From Camelus ferus (taxonomy: Eukaryota): 64,000 bases of DNA. Below, in pieces: positions 1 to 11,935 of this stretch (position 1 is the stretch's first letter; the number at the start of each line of letters is the position of its first letter). The notes under the pieces are model-generated. The model did not search any database. It had not been told where the DNA came from and saw only the letters and a program-made list of their open reading frames with translations. A program made the position numbers and the translations under genes. The stretch spans positions 7,752,001 through 7,816,000 of the forward strand of contig NC_045698.1 of assembly GCF_009834535.1 (NCBI RefSeq). The letters run 5' to 3'.

Positions 1-621
1 GTGTTTTATTGTCCTCCTTGTCCACTTGCCACCAGGGAGGCTCATATTATAACCTTCACTTATTTTTAAGATGAGGGGAGTAAGGTGCAGCGACATCACA
101 CTGCTAGCAAATGTTGAAAAATTGAGGCTTTTCAACTCTAGACCATAATATGGGATACTTCCTGCAGGAAAGGTGGTTTGAGCTGTGGCTTCAGAGAGGA
201 TTAGGAGTCTGCAAAGAAAAGGGGTCTTGGGGAGAGGACAGCCGGATTCCCTAGTATCCACCTTTCACTCTGGACCCGGTGGAACTTCAAGCTCAGCGAG
301 GAGGGGTGTCTGCTGATCCCCAGAGGAGCCTCCTCACCACACGTCTGCCTCTTGCAACCTTCTCCCTGGATCTACCCTCAGCATGTGTGACTTAACGTGT
401 CCACAATGGAGGGGGCTTTCTTTGCCAGTAAGATTTTTCTTGCTTTGTCTCATTGCTGGGCTTCCAACCACCCACACTCACATCTCAGAGGGATGTTTAG
501 GCCCCTTCATCATTCCTCGTGTAGCTGCCAATTGCTGTGAATTTTACATCTGTACCACTTCACATTAGATTAGTTTTAGCCACAATTCTCCTGGCTCAGA
601 TTATTATGCGTTCTCTGGGTC

Positions 622-757
622 ATTATTCTCAAACTTTGACGTTCCTACAAATCACTTAGGAATTATGTGAAAATGCAGATTCTGTATTTTCAATACATTT
701 CTAGGTGATGTTGATGTTTCTGGCCTCCAGATTATATTTTGAACAACAAGGTTCTAG
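622..757. mobile_element. MER5-family (hAT-Charlie) DNA transposon fragment
   Basis: ttctcaaacttt...aaatgcagattctg...aggtgatgttgatg motifs typical of MER5A/B. Confidence 0.6.
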
Positions 758-794
758 ATTATTGAAATAATCTCAGGAGTAATCTTTCTCTAGG

Positions 795-972
795 CCAGTG
801 GTTCTCCAAGTGTGGTCCCCAGACAAGCAACACCATCATCACTTGGGAACTTGCTAGAAATGCAAACTCTTGTTGAGGGCCAGCCCTGCCTAATCTGAAA
901 CTCCATGCTTGAACCAGTTGTCCAGGTGATGTGCTCCAGGTGATTCTGGTTGTAAAGTTTGAGAACCACAGA
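795..972. mobile_element. MER5A DNA transposon
   Basis: cagtggttctccaagtgtggtcccc ... gaacttgctagaaatgcaaa ... aagtttgagaaccac, with terminal inverted repeats. Confidence 0.8.
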
Positions 973-1367
973 GCTAGCCCTTACCTTTACAACCACCATA
1001 TGCACCCCAGAATCTTTGTAAAGATGCTGTGAATAATCTTCAGTGTTTCCCAATATGGCTGTCAAGGGCCTCAGACTTTCCCCCTAGCCTGACTCCTCTT
1101 TCTCTCTACCCTCCCCCTGTTCCTAATTTTAGAGGTATATTTGTTGCATGCTCTTCCCTCTTCATTCCCTATAATTTAACATCAACATTTTTCTTTTTCT
1201 TCTTTTTCTTCCAGCACCTTCCTTATTGCTCATTGAAAGCCTGTCTGTTCTTTGAGGTCTAGTCAAACACTTTCTCCTCTGAGAAAGTGTGCTCGTAGGC
1301 CATCAGCTGGGAGTGCATATCTTTTCTTCCTCATCCTTTGTTGTGGCCAGCACATTGTGCACTATTA

Positions 1368-1600
1368 GAACAATGATTCTCAGCTGGGTCCAGTTTTGCC
1401 CCCCACACCCTGGGGACCTTTGGCAATATCTGGAGGTGGTTTTGATTGATTGTCCCAAATCAGGTGGTAGTGCTATAGGGCTCCAGAGCGTAGAGACCAG
1501 GGATGCAGCTCAGAATCCTGTAAAGCACAAGACAGCATGCCATCCTTGCCCCCAAACAAAGAATTACAGAATTATCCAGCCCCAAAGTCAATAGTGCACT
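1368..1600. mobile_element. MER20 DNA transposon
   Basis: ttttgcccccc...ggggacctttggcaatatctggagg...gtagagaccagggatgcagct...aaagaatta...ccagccccaaagtcaatagtgc resembles the MER20 consensus. Confidence 0.8.
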
Positions 1601-2709
1601 AGGGCAATATGAGTCTTCTATCTTCTCCAGTGGTTGTTGTCAGCAGCACCCTGGATCAGATCTTCCTTGTGAATGCACGTTCGTATGGATTAGCAGGCAC
1701 TTGATAAAGCTTTTGTCTTCAGTTTATTGAGGAACTGAGCAACCAGATATTGTACAGTTTAAAAATCTGTGAAGCTAATGTGGTCACGGTGGAAACTTAG
1801 GTCAAGAATTCCATTGTCTTGACTGAGACTCAAACCCTTGACTTAGAACTCCACTTTTGCCCTTTCCGAACGTGCTCAGGGAGTTGGGAATGGAGAGTTT
1901 CCGTCATTGTTTGCGCGTTTGTTTTCTACTTCATCCTCAGTGGCTGATGAGACATTAGGTGCAGCCCAGTTCCTTATTATCAAACTGATGAAGAGACTGG
2001 AGGTCAAGTTCCTGCCTTGCCAGTCATGACCTGAGTGTTTGTCTTAATTCTTTGGTTTGGAAAATAACGTGTTTGTTTCTTGGGATTGTTCTAGCTGTCG
2101 TTTGTAAGTGACTAGAGATCTCGGTTTCTTGACTTCTTATGGCCAAGGACTGCCCAGCATGTCCCAGATTCTCCTTACTGTTTAATTCTTCAGATTATAA
2201 AGTGGTATGTTTCACTGAGATGAGGTGAGGTGCATAAGGTCCTCTCACCTGAAGAGCCCTCACTGAGGGAGGGAGACCAGCGTATGAACATCCTGACCTG
2301 GGACCACGCCACTTTCCCTTTGAAAAGACAGAATCATTGGATTCTGAGTTCTAAACTCACACACCAGTTCACTTGTACAATATCCCTGGGGCAAACCAAA
2401 CTCTGAAATTTTCAAATTTTAGAAGGTTATTCAGGTGTGCACAGTAAGTTACATTTTCCCTGAGCTGCATCTCAGCAGCCCCTGGTGGCCCATGCAGTAC
2501 GTATGAGACACAGCTGTGTAGTCACACCAGGTGTGAAAAATAAAGATGCCTGAGGGCGTCACATCAGCTCAGGTTTTGCCATCACGTGAGCCACATCTTT
2601 TGGTTTAGAGATTTGGGGGTTTTATAGGGACCCAGAGTTGATGATAGGGTGGAGGTCAGTTAGGTCTTTTTTTGTGTGAATGTGCATTTTATTTTATTAA
2701 CATAAACAC

Positions 2710-2912
2710 TATTTTGCTTGGGTATGTAGCTAGGAGTCAAACTGCTGCATCACTGTGTATTTAGTTTTAGTAGATACTGCCAAATAGTTTTCCGAAGTGG
2801 TGAAGTCACTTTGTATTCCACCAGCAAATTATGAGTTTCATTTGCTCCACATCCTTGTCAACACTTGGTATTGTCTTCCCTTTTACATTTTAGCCATGCT
2901 GGTAGGTATATG
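2710..2912 (-). mobile_element. Old L1 fragment (ORF2 3' region)
   Basis: gggtatgtagctaggagt...tactgccaaatagttttcc...ccaccagcaa...ccacatccttgtcaacacttggtattgtc...ttttagccatgctgg. Confidence 0.75.
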
Positions 2913-3087
2913 TATTTTTATGTTTTGAAATTTTGAAGAAAAAAAATCTAGGCCATTTCAGGAATTTAACATGAGAAACTTAAAAATACAGAGTTAGGTA
3001 GCTTCATGGAGTGTTAACTACTAATTCTTAGCCTGATTTATTTATTTATTAATAAATAAGTCTTGATTTATTTCTGGAAAAAAGCTT

Positions 3088-3300
3088 CTTTGTTTTTTTA
3101 TTTGAAGTATAGTTGATTTACAATGTTGTGTTAGATTCGGGTGTACAGCAAAGTGATTCAGTTATATATATATGTATGTGTGTATATATATATATATTCT
3201 TTTTCAGATTCTTTTCCATTATAGGTTACTACAAGATACTGAATATAATTCCCTGTGCTGTACAGTAGGCCCTTGTTGTTTATCTATTTTACATACATAG
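3088..3300 (-). mobile_element. 5'-truncated artiodactyl-type L1 3' end
   Basis: T-tail followed by ttgaagtatagttgatttacaatgttgtgttag...gtacagcaaagtgattcagttatatata...ccctgtgctgtacagtaggcccttgttg. Possible TSD agtcttgatt at 3059-3068 and 3299-3308. Confidence 0.85.
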
Positions 3301-4571
3301 TCTTGATTAGATGGTTGCTCAGCATGACTTTGGGTCATAATGTCCTGAACACAGCCTGAAACTCAATGTTCGGGTGCTAAGGAGGGCAGCAGGGCCCAAG
3401 AGAACCTCTAGGGGAAATCCCTGTTGGGTGTCATCCCTCCTGGGCCTCCTCCTTTGCTTCATTTACAATTTTCCTTGTTATATGGAGGTTCCAGAGTGGA
3501 CCTGTGGTCTTAAGATAAAGACTAGGCTGGTGAGGTGAGGTTTCCATCGACCACCTGGCCATGGCCTTTCTTTCCCCTGGGCTGTAGAAGGTGGTGGTGA
3601 GCTGAGTCATTTCTGGGTTTGGTTGGTGAGACACAGGGCAGCCTGGAGGAACCACTTGTAAACAGCAGTTTCTCAGACCAGAGTCAACTTCCTTGACTCC
3701 TTAGTGAAAATACCGTGTCTTCAAACAGCCAAACCCTACTTGTCAGGGACACAGCTCTCAGATACAGGGGGACAGTATCAGTCAGTACAGAAGAGCCACA
3801 GTCAGAGGAACAAAGCTGACCAAATAAATGTATATAAATATACTGAATATAAACACTGCTTTTTTTTTTTTTCATAGTAGCTTTCCGTAATGCTGGAGTC
3901 TTATTAACAAGAAATGGCTCATCACTCCTTCACTTTCACCTAGTTAGCACCAAGTATGACGTGACGTCTTGTGTCACCCTAATTCTTATAAAATTGTCTG
4001 ATAGCTTATTGTCTAACTCATGATTGACAATGAGGATTACAGTAGTAATGTGTGGTATTAAAATTGAATCAGTATTAAAAATCTTAATTAATGTTATTCA
4101 TAGTGATATAGTTTGTGTTCCTTAAATAGGTCCTGGTGATGGCAGCTCTCAAGTGAAAAAAAAAAAGGATCTTTTTTTTCATACCTAGTGTTTGAATTTC
4201 ACACCCTATTAAATGCATTGGGTGTATGTGTGTCCACCATAAAGACTGAGAGGAGAAAGAAATTTTCTCCCCTTTTTCTCTTGTTTCCTCTGAAAAACAC
4301 CATTCCCTTCTCAGTAGACAATCCAAGATCTGGAGGCTCTTGTAGACCCAAGAGGCAGCCTACTCAGGGGTCACACTTGGTAACCTTAGCACAATGAAAG
4401 CAAAAGCAATGTTTCTTGCCTCTTTGGGCTTCTATCCAATACACTCATGTTGTGAATAAATCATCACCTGCTGATCAAACTTTATTGCCAAGGATGTGTT
4501 GGGGGTGGGGGACTTTAAGGCATTCCACAGTGCAGATAAAACTTCATCTGTCATCTCTCTATTGAACCATC

Positions 4572-5135
4572 TGTTAGAGCAGGCAGGTAGCTAGATATGA
4601 GCAGAGAAAGGGGGACAGGGGCCAAATGGCAGAAAACTACACATCTTGTGAACAATGAGGGGTCCTTGGACAGATCAAGAAAAGCAGAAACCTCCAGACT
4701 GATACAAAATCAGACATTCTGGGTTAACAAGCATCCTGGAGGCAGACAGAGAAAGGTGGGACAAGACAGGAATCTCCACCATCTGAATGTAATCTTTTTT
4801 GCTCATTATGATGACCTCATCTGACTTCCTGATCAAGACTAAATAAGGACAAAAAATCTCCCCCACCGCTTCCCCCCGGGAAGGTGGAGCTGGGATGAAA
4901 ATCAGGAAAGATGACCCCAAACCCTTCCCCACCAAGGAATATTCTGCCCATTCATTTTTATAACCATATAACCAGCTTGCCAAAGAAACTCAGGGCAGTG
5001 ACCCACCTGGGTCTGCCCGCTCTTCCCTTGAGAGTGTACCATCTATCCCTTAATAAACCCTTGCTTTGCTTTCTTGACTTCTGTGTCTTCTTTCTGAACT
5101 ATTTCTTCAATGATACAAGAACCTGCCCTCCAACA
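4572..5135 (+). mobile_element. Solo LTR, ERV1-like
   Basis: Begins TGTTAGAG and ends CTCCAACA (7/8 inverted repeat). TATA-like catataacc near 4966 and AATAAA at 5052-5057 fall in LTR order; 564 bp. Confidence 0.8.
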
Positions 5136-5192
5136 GCATATCTGTTATCTGTCTATCTATATCTATCATCTGTCATTTTTCTCTCCCTACTT

Positions 5193-5194
<2 letters not shown>

Positions 5195-5236
<42 letters not shown>
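5195..5236. repeat. (GT)21 microsatellite
   Basis: Perfect GT run. Confidence 0.95.
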
Positions 5237-5239
<3 letters not shown>

Positions 5240-5984
5240 AAAAGGATAAAAGGATTGGCTTGAATAACTATGAACACTTTTAATTTACTTTCTTCTAGCT
5301 CTACCTCTGACTCCAGTAGCTCCTGGCTGAATTAGTTCACTGCATAACCTACTCTCAAAGAATCACAGGCAGCAGAGACATCCTTGGTCTTCAGGGATTG
5401 CAAATGTAAGGCATGCATAGACTCAAAGTCATAGACGAGATATAACATGACTGCTAGGAGAAGGACTTTTTGACACAACCATTAATTTCCCCCTGTACAA
5501 GCCAAGCTGGGGAATGAACCTTACTGTTGACTTTTGGAAAAATTTAAATCAGCTATTCAGTTATAGACAAGTCGTGTTGATACCACATCGCTGCCTTGAT
5601 GAACTTTACCATTTCATTCTATGACAGGAATGAAGTGGAAACATTGTCCATCGGTGATACATATTTATGTCTCTGTACAGGGGCTGGAGTGTTCCTCCAG
5701 TCCGAGGAAACCAGAAAGGCGTATTCTGATAGAAAATAGTGCAACAAGATCCAACTTGTAAGTAACTGTAGGACAGCTCATATGAAAATTTCTGTCTATT
5801 GCTCTGTTCTGGAAATTAGCTTTTCATTTGCACAAATGTGCATGAACAAGAAATCTTCCTGATTGTTGTTAAATTTGGAGAAAGAACCATTAATTCTAGA
5901 CTTTGAGCTGAATTAAACTATGCAGAGTGAAGGGGAGAAAGTTTTAAAGGAAGATGGCAGCCAGTTTCTTTTGTTATTGAATTT

Positions 5985-5990
5985 TTTATT
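5985..5990 (-). terminator. Distal polyadenylation signal AATAAA
   Basis: Plus-strand tttatt; minus-strand context gaaaaaATAAAaaattcaataac, ~1.6 kb after the stop. Confidence 0.6.
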
Positions 5991-6675
5991 TTTTCAAGAA
6001 CAGTTAACATTTACTAGGCACCCACTGGCCTCAGTCTCTTGCATCTAAAGAGCAAAGCTAATTTACCCACAGCCCGTGTTCTTTTGAATGGTTAGCCTTA
6101 CTTCTTAGTTCTGTTAACCACTATTCTAACATTAGCTTCAAGTTCAATTTTAGTCATCTAATCCATTATTGTCTACTGCTCCCTGCCACATGAACAAAAA
6201 AGTCTGGGGGGAGTAAGGCGAGCAGTTTACATTTTCTGTGGATAGTTCAAGTAATTGGCCCCAATGTGAAATTATTCAGTTGGCCATGGTTTCTCATGTT
6301 CTGAGGGCATAAAACATGGAAGGAAATGGGCCTGTAGAAGGAGTTGGTATCCAAGAATGTGTGAATGGGTGAAGTCCTATAACTTTACTTCAGCTGGCCT
6401 AATATCCTGAGTCACTAGATGGTCAGAAGAATAGATTGAGTACAAAAGGAACAAACTGATGTACATTTATACTAAAAACCAAAAACAAAGTTTGTACAAG
6501 ATGAACAGCAAATGAAGTCGTTTCTATCAAAATAAGATCTCACACAGGTCATTTTTACACATACAGGGACACACACCCACACACGCACAGACACACGAGC
6601 AAGAATGTGTGTTTTGTAAGATAGGTCCTTGGAAACAGACATTCTTAGCAAATATGGATGACAGATCAATTGTAA

Positions 6676-6681
6676 TTTATT
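6676..6681 (-). terminator. Candidate proximal polyadenylation signal AATAAA
   Basis: Minus-strand gaaAATAAAttac, with GT-rich sequence further downstream (6600-6560). Confidence 0.4.
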
Positions 6682-7581
6682 TTCTTTTAACACTGTATCA
6701 TCATAAAGAAAACTGGTATAAATGAAAAAATCTATTTCAAATATCTACATCTAAAATTTTAGGCAGTGAAAAAGCACTTTGTTGACAAGGAGTGTGGAAT
6801 GATGTATGTTAATTGTCAGAAACTGCTGAATACCTTGCTTAGTTGCCACAAACAAAGTCACATATCAGAACGAACAATACTGCTAAATATTCCTTTTTTT
6901 CCCCATTTTTTTTTCTGTTAAAACATACTGGGAGAAAGAAAAGAAAGGAAAAAAAAAAAAAAACCTGGAAATCCATACATCTTTCAAAAGTTTGAAATTG
7001 AAGCAATATTTAGAACCATAGATGAGGAAATGCCGCGGCATCGGTGTAATATACACAACGCGTTTTTCTTCTTTAATCTGTAATGTACATCAAATACTTT
7101 ACAACAACGCATTAACAAAAGGCAAGAAACGTCTTGCTGTACAGAGGAACCCCAATGCAACTTGAAGCCTAGAATCACAACGGACGAAGGGAGTAAACAA
7201 AGCGTGAGAAGCCGTCCCTCTGAAGTGTGTGAGCTACGCTGCCTCTGTGCTTATAACCCTCGCGCCCGTCACCCCGACCGCCCCCTGTGCTGCCTTCGGC
7301 CACATTCGGTGCAAAGCACTTTTTAGACCCTACAGCCTGCCCTACAAAAGTGTCGCGTGATGTCAGATTTAGGCTCACTTTAGCTTTCTACTGCCTTTCA
7401 AGTTAGCTTTCAACTCATTTAGCGTTCTAAAATAGCTCTGAGTATTTCCTTACTGGTTATCATAGCCTTCCTATGGAACAGGCTTTAACAAACTAAATTT
7501 GCAGGGGAAAAAAAAAAAAAAAAAGCAATGTCTGTGGTCTGCATGCACATGCACTGTTCCCGGCGCCGCGTGCCTCCCTGC

Positions 7582-7896
<315 letters not shown>

Positions 7897-8058
7897 TCAC
7901 ACTACTGGATGCTCCCAACCCTCCCTTGAAGTCAAGGTGCAGGCGGTCCCCCAGGCATTCACCGGCACCACACTTCTCCAGAGACTGCCAGCTGCTCAAT
8001 GACTTCCCTTTTTAAAGGTGATTCCTGAGTCCATGTGCTATCATTCTAGACGATCTGA

Positions 8059-8670
8059 TTTTTTTCAATTATTATGGTAACGTAAACATAACATAAAATT
8101 TACCATTTTGATAATTTTAAGTGTATAATTCAGTGGGATTAAATACCTTCATTGCACATGCAACTGTCACCACTATCCACACTTTCAGAACTTTTCATCA
8201 TCCAAAATAAAAACTGTCTCCATGAAGCATAACTCCCCATCCCCCTCTTTTCTCAGATTGTGGCAACCATCACTCTACTCTCTGTCTCTACAAATTTGAC
8301 TAGTCTAGGTACCTTATATAAGTGGAATAATACAGTATTCATCCTTTTGTGTCTGGCTTCTTTCATTTCGTATAATGTCCTTAAATCAAGGTTCATCCAT
8401 GTTGTAGCATGTGACCGATTTTCCTCCCTTTTTAAGGCCGAGTAATATTCCATTGTATGGAGAGACCACGTGTGTTTACGCGCTCGTCCGCTGATGACAC
8501 TGGGTTGTTCCCACCTTTTGACTGTTGTGAATAACACTGCTATGAACCTGGCGCACCAGTATCTGTTTTAGTCCCTGCTTTCAATTTTGGGGGGTTATGT
8601 TCCAAGAAGTGGAATTGCTGGATCTGATGGGAATTCTACATTTAACTTTTTGAGAAATTGCCAAAGCAGT
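8059..8670 (-). mobile_element. L1 3' end (L1MB-like)
   Basis: T-tail, ataacataaaatttaccatt..., caaggttcatccatgttgtagcatgtg..., aagaagtggaattgctggatc. The minus ORF 8253-8537 resembles the L1 ORF2 C-terminus/3'UTR (MEYYSALKR). Confidence 0.9.
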
Positions 8671-10311
8671 TGTAACAGCTGAAACCATCTGACTAGATAA
8701 CCTCTTTTAAATCAAAGAGGCGCTCACCAGACGCTACAGAACACGAGGGGTTTATATTCACCCTTCCTGCGTCTCCCCATCACGTCTAGGTGCTGGAAGC
8801 CAGGCAAAGAGAAAGTGAAGCCGTGCACGGTCCAAGGGCCCTTTGGGTATCTTCCCGCCAGCACAGAGGGAGGGCTGAGAGCAGTACGTCTGCAGGATGG
8901 AGGCTTCTGAGTAGTGAGGGCCATCCCATCACACCTGCCTAAATGACCAGGTGCCACAGTCTTAGAAGGATACACAGAGAATCACATAATAAGAGGGAAC
9001 CCTCTCCAAATAGTCTACCCTCTGGAGGACCAAAACGTTTCCTAACTGGGTTCAATTAAGAATAATGTGGAATTTTGAAGCCTTTGGTTAGGGGAGAGGG
9101 GTCTTCAGAATTGTCCGATGTCCCCAGCGCACTTCAGTGCTCCCTGTTCTCACTCCTGTCCTCTGCAGGTTACTGTCTGATGGAGGGGGCCTTGAGGGGC
9201 TCCAGGGGTCACAGGAGCCTTCAGGATACGTGAAGTGTAGAATTAGTTCCCTCTACCTGGCCTGAAGGACAGGAACACAAAGAATGTTCACAGCTGATCA
9301 TTAGCATTTGTTTGTGGGAGCCTGGCTATCCCCCTCTCCCCACTGCCTCCGAGGTCCCTTCCTACACACCATGCCCCGACAGTGAGGACACCCGCCAAGG
9401 CATGGGGTGAGGGCCATCCCTCTAGACAGTGCGTGGTGACATCCACAGAGCTCCTCACGTGCAATGCCTCAGGGCGGGGAGGTCTGCTGGGACTGATGGA
9501 ACACTCCTACATAAGCGCAGTTTGATCGCTTTCCAGCAGATCTGGTAATTCTGTGTTAATGTAACTAAGGTTCAGCGTGGAAACATCTTCTAGTGATTGG
9601 TCTGAGTTAACCGATAATGATTTGTAATTAGCACGCTGTGTGTAAATGGACGCATCTAACAGCCTGCCCATAATTCTTCTCTCAAGGGAGTGAAACTCCC
9701 TCTTTATTATGTCATTGATTCACCCTCATCATCGACCTGCTCTTCAAAGAGGTGTGAACTTCATCACAGCTGCTGTCCAGGACGTCCCACACCTCCAGTT
9801 AGTGGTGGCTGAATGCATGAGGTTTCTGTCTACCTGTCAAAGCCCACAGAGCACAAACGTGCGTTAACCATGAGCCCAGGCGTGAGGGGTCACTGAGGGC
9901 TGCACTTCAGCGTTGCTGAGCCCAGGGCTCCCCGAGTGCTGGGATAGGCTAGAGGGCCCTTTGCCATTCTTTGGAGAACAGAGTGCTCTGTTGAACCTCT
10001 CCACTCCAACCGGGTGCTGCTACCCACATGAAAAGCACACAGGGGGTGAGAGCTGGGAGGTCTGGAAAAATTACACAGGGAGGGAACTAGAATTTACTGT
10101 TTCTATTTCAGTGGGCGTTATATTTAACATTTAACAAATTCTTTTTTTGTCTAATCTGTATAGGTCTATATAGGTATGTATCTCTACATATATGTATGTG
10201 TGTTTCTGTCTATCTATAGCTATCCATCCATCCATCATCTACCTATTTATCTATCTCCTTCTCTCCCTCCCTCCCTTTCTCTCTTTCTTTCTTCCCATCA
10301 ATTATCCACCT

Positions 10312-10440
10312 AGTTCCCACTTTAGAGATGAAGAAACTGAAGGTCAGAGAAGTTAAGACACTTCTGTAGGATGCCACGGCTAGTGGTGGTGTGAGGCTGG
10401 GATGTAAATGCAAATCTGGCTGACTCCAAAGTCCACCTTC
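10312..10440 (-). mobile_element. MIR SINE
   Basis: cccactttagagatgaagaaactgaaggtcagagaagttaag...tctggctgactccaaagtcc is the reverse MIR core. Confidence 0.8.
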
Positions 10441-10647
10441 TTTCCGAGACACGAGCACAGATTCAGTTGAGTTGACTCCAGACTCTGTGATAAGAAGGGA
10501 GGCCGGTGGACAAAGCAGACCAAGAAGAGATCTTGAGCACTTCTCTGTGCTGCTCTCGGTGGCCAGAGGAGGCAGTGCCGGAGCTTGGACGGTCTGCTGG
10601 GGAAGGTACTTACAAGACTTGTGGTCTCCTCCATGGTGGCTGGTGGC

Positions 10648-10915
10648 CCTCCTTTCCTTTCCTTTCCTTTCCTTTCCTTTCCTTTCCTTTCCTTTCTTTT
10701 CCTTTCCTTTCCTTTCCTTTCCTTTCCTCTCCTTTCCTCTCCTCTCCTCTCCTCTCCTCTCCTCTCCTCTCCTCCCCTCCCCTCTCCTTTCCTTTTCCTT
10801 CCTTCATTCCTTCCTTCCTTCCTTCCTTCCTCCCTTCCTTCCTTCCTCCCTTTCTCTCTCTCTCTCTCTCTCCCCCTTCCTTCCTTCTTTCTCTCTCTCT
10901 CTTTTTTTTCTTTTT
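10648..10915. repeat. Compound polypyrimidine microsatellite (CCTTT)n-(CCTCT)n-(CCTT)n-(CT)n
   Basis: ~270 bp almost purely C/T; accounts for the overlapping low-complexity ORFs at 10380-11041. Confidence 0.95.
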
Positions 10916-11749
10916 GCACAACCTGTTTCAAATTTCTTACTGTTCTCTCTGGTTGGTGAACGTTTTGGGGTTGGGCACAAGCTTATTTTAGTCTCTTATC
11001 TTGGGGAATTGCCTTCTTCAGTTCATCTGTATTGTTCATGAAGTCCCATATCAACCCCTTCCAAGGCTGAGTTCTGCTGTTTTGGGAGTTTGTGGAAACA
11101 AACTACCCAGGATGGGCTGATGGTGGCACAACTGTGCTTGAAGGAGAATAGATTTGCTCACTGGCCTGGCAGTATGGACATTGGCTGGTAAGATGCATTC
11201 ATAGTGGAGACATGTTGGCCAGGTTTCATAATTTGCCCTAAGAGAATATCTGACAGTGTTCAAAATTAGGCAAATGAAATGTTCCCAAATACAAGGAACT
11301 AAAATAAATGCATTTTTTCTTAACATGGCACAGAAAACCAGACCTCTGTGAAGGAAGTGGAACAATGCTCCTATACAGCAGTGGTGATTCTGAATCTGAG
11401 TGTCCGCTGTGGTCCGGAGAAGCCCTGGACCATCCGAGGAGCCTGAGGCTGCTGCCTGCTTTGGCTTAAGGCAGCGACCTCTCTGGGAAGGATGGGTATG
11501 ACCAGCCGGCTCGCAGCACCATTGCTGGGGTCCACGCTTTTGGTGATTTGTCCTGTGGCACTCGCTCATGTAAAAGTCATCCTTGCTGAACGTTTTCCTC
11601 AGTAGTAGAATGTTTAGTTTAAGTTAGGAATGACCGTGCCCCTTCTCCACATCCCTACTCTGTAGCACAATGACAGAAGACTTCTTTGTGATTCCTCACT
11701 GAAGACTCAGGGCAGTCACTGTACAATGAAGGAGGCCGTGTGGTCAGGC

Positions 11750-11935
11750 TCAGTGGTTCTCAAAGTGTGGTCCCCGGCAGGAGCACCCGCAGCACCTCAG
11801 AGTTAGAGGTGCAAGTTATTGGGTCTCACCCCAGACTTACTGAATCACAAATTCTGGGCTTGGGGTCCAGTATTCTGTGTTTAACATCCTTCCTGGGGAT
11901 TCTGACTCACGCTTGGATAGATCTGAGGACCCTGA
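11750..11935. mobile_element. MER5A DNA transposon
   Basis: cagtggttctcaaagtgtggtcccc...ccccagacttactgaatcacaaattctggg...ctgtgtttaaca. Confidence 0.8.

Larger units (their letters stand above)
5965..7581 (-). other. CTNND2: CTNND2 3'UTR (approximate 3' end)
   Basis: Transposon-free, U-rich (minus-strand) sequence after the stop codon, ending near an AATAAA at 5990-5985. The exact cleavage site is inferred. Confidence 0.7.

Noticed and set aside
6770..7325. GCACTTT (miR-17 family seed match) at ~6775 and ~7316
   Set aside because: Both are on the plus strand, antisense to the CTNND2 mRNA.
10380..11041. Five overlapping 100-190 aa ORFs rich in K/E/R/G or F/P/L/S
   Set aside because: Stop-free readings of the polypyrimidine microsatellite, not genes.
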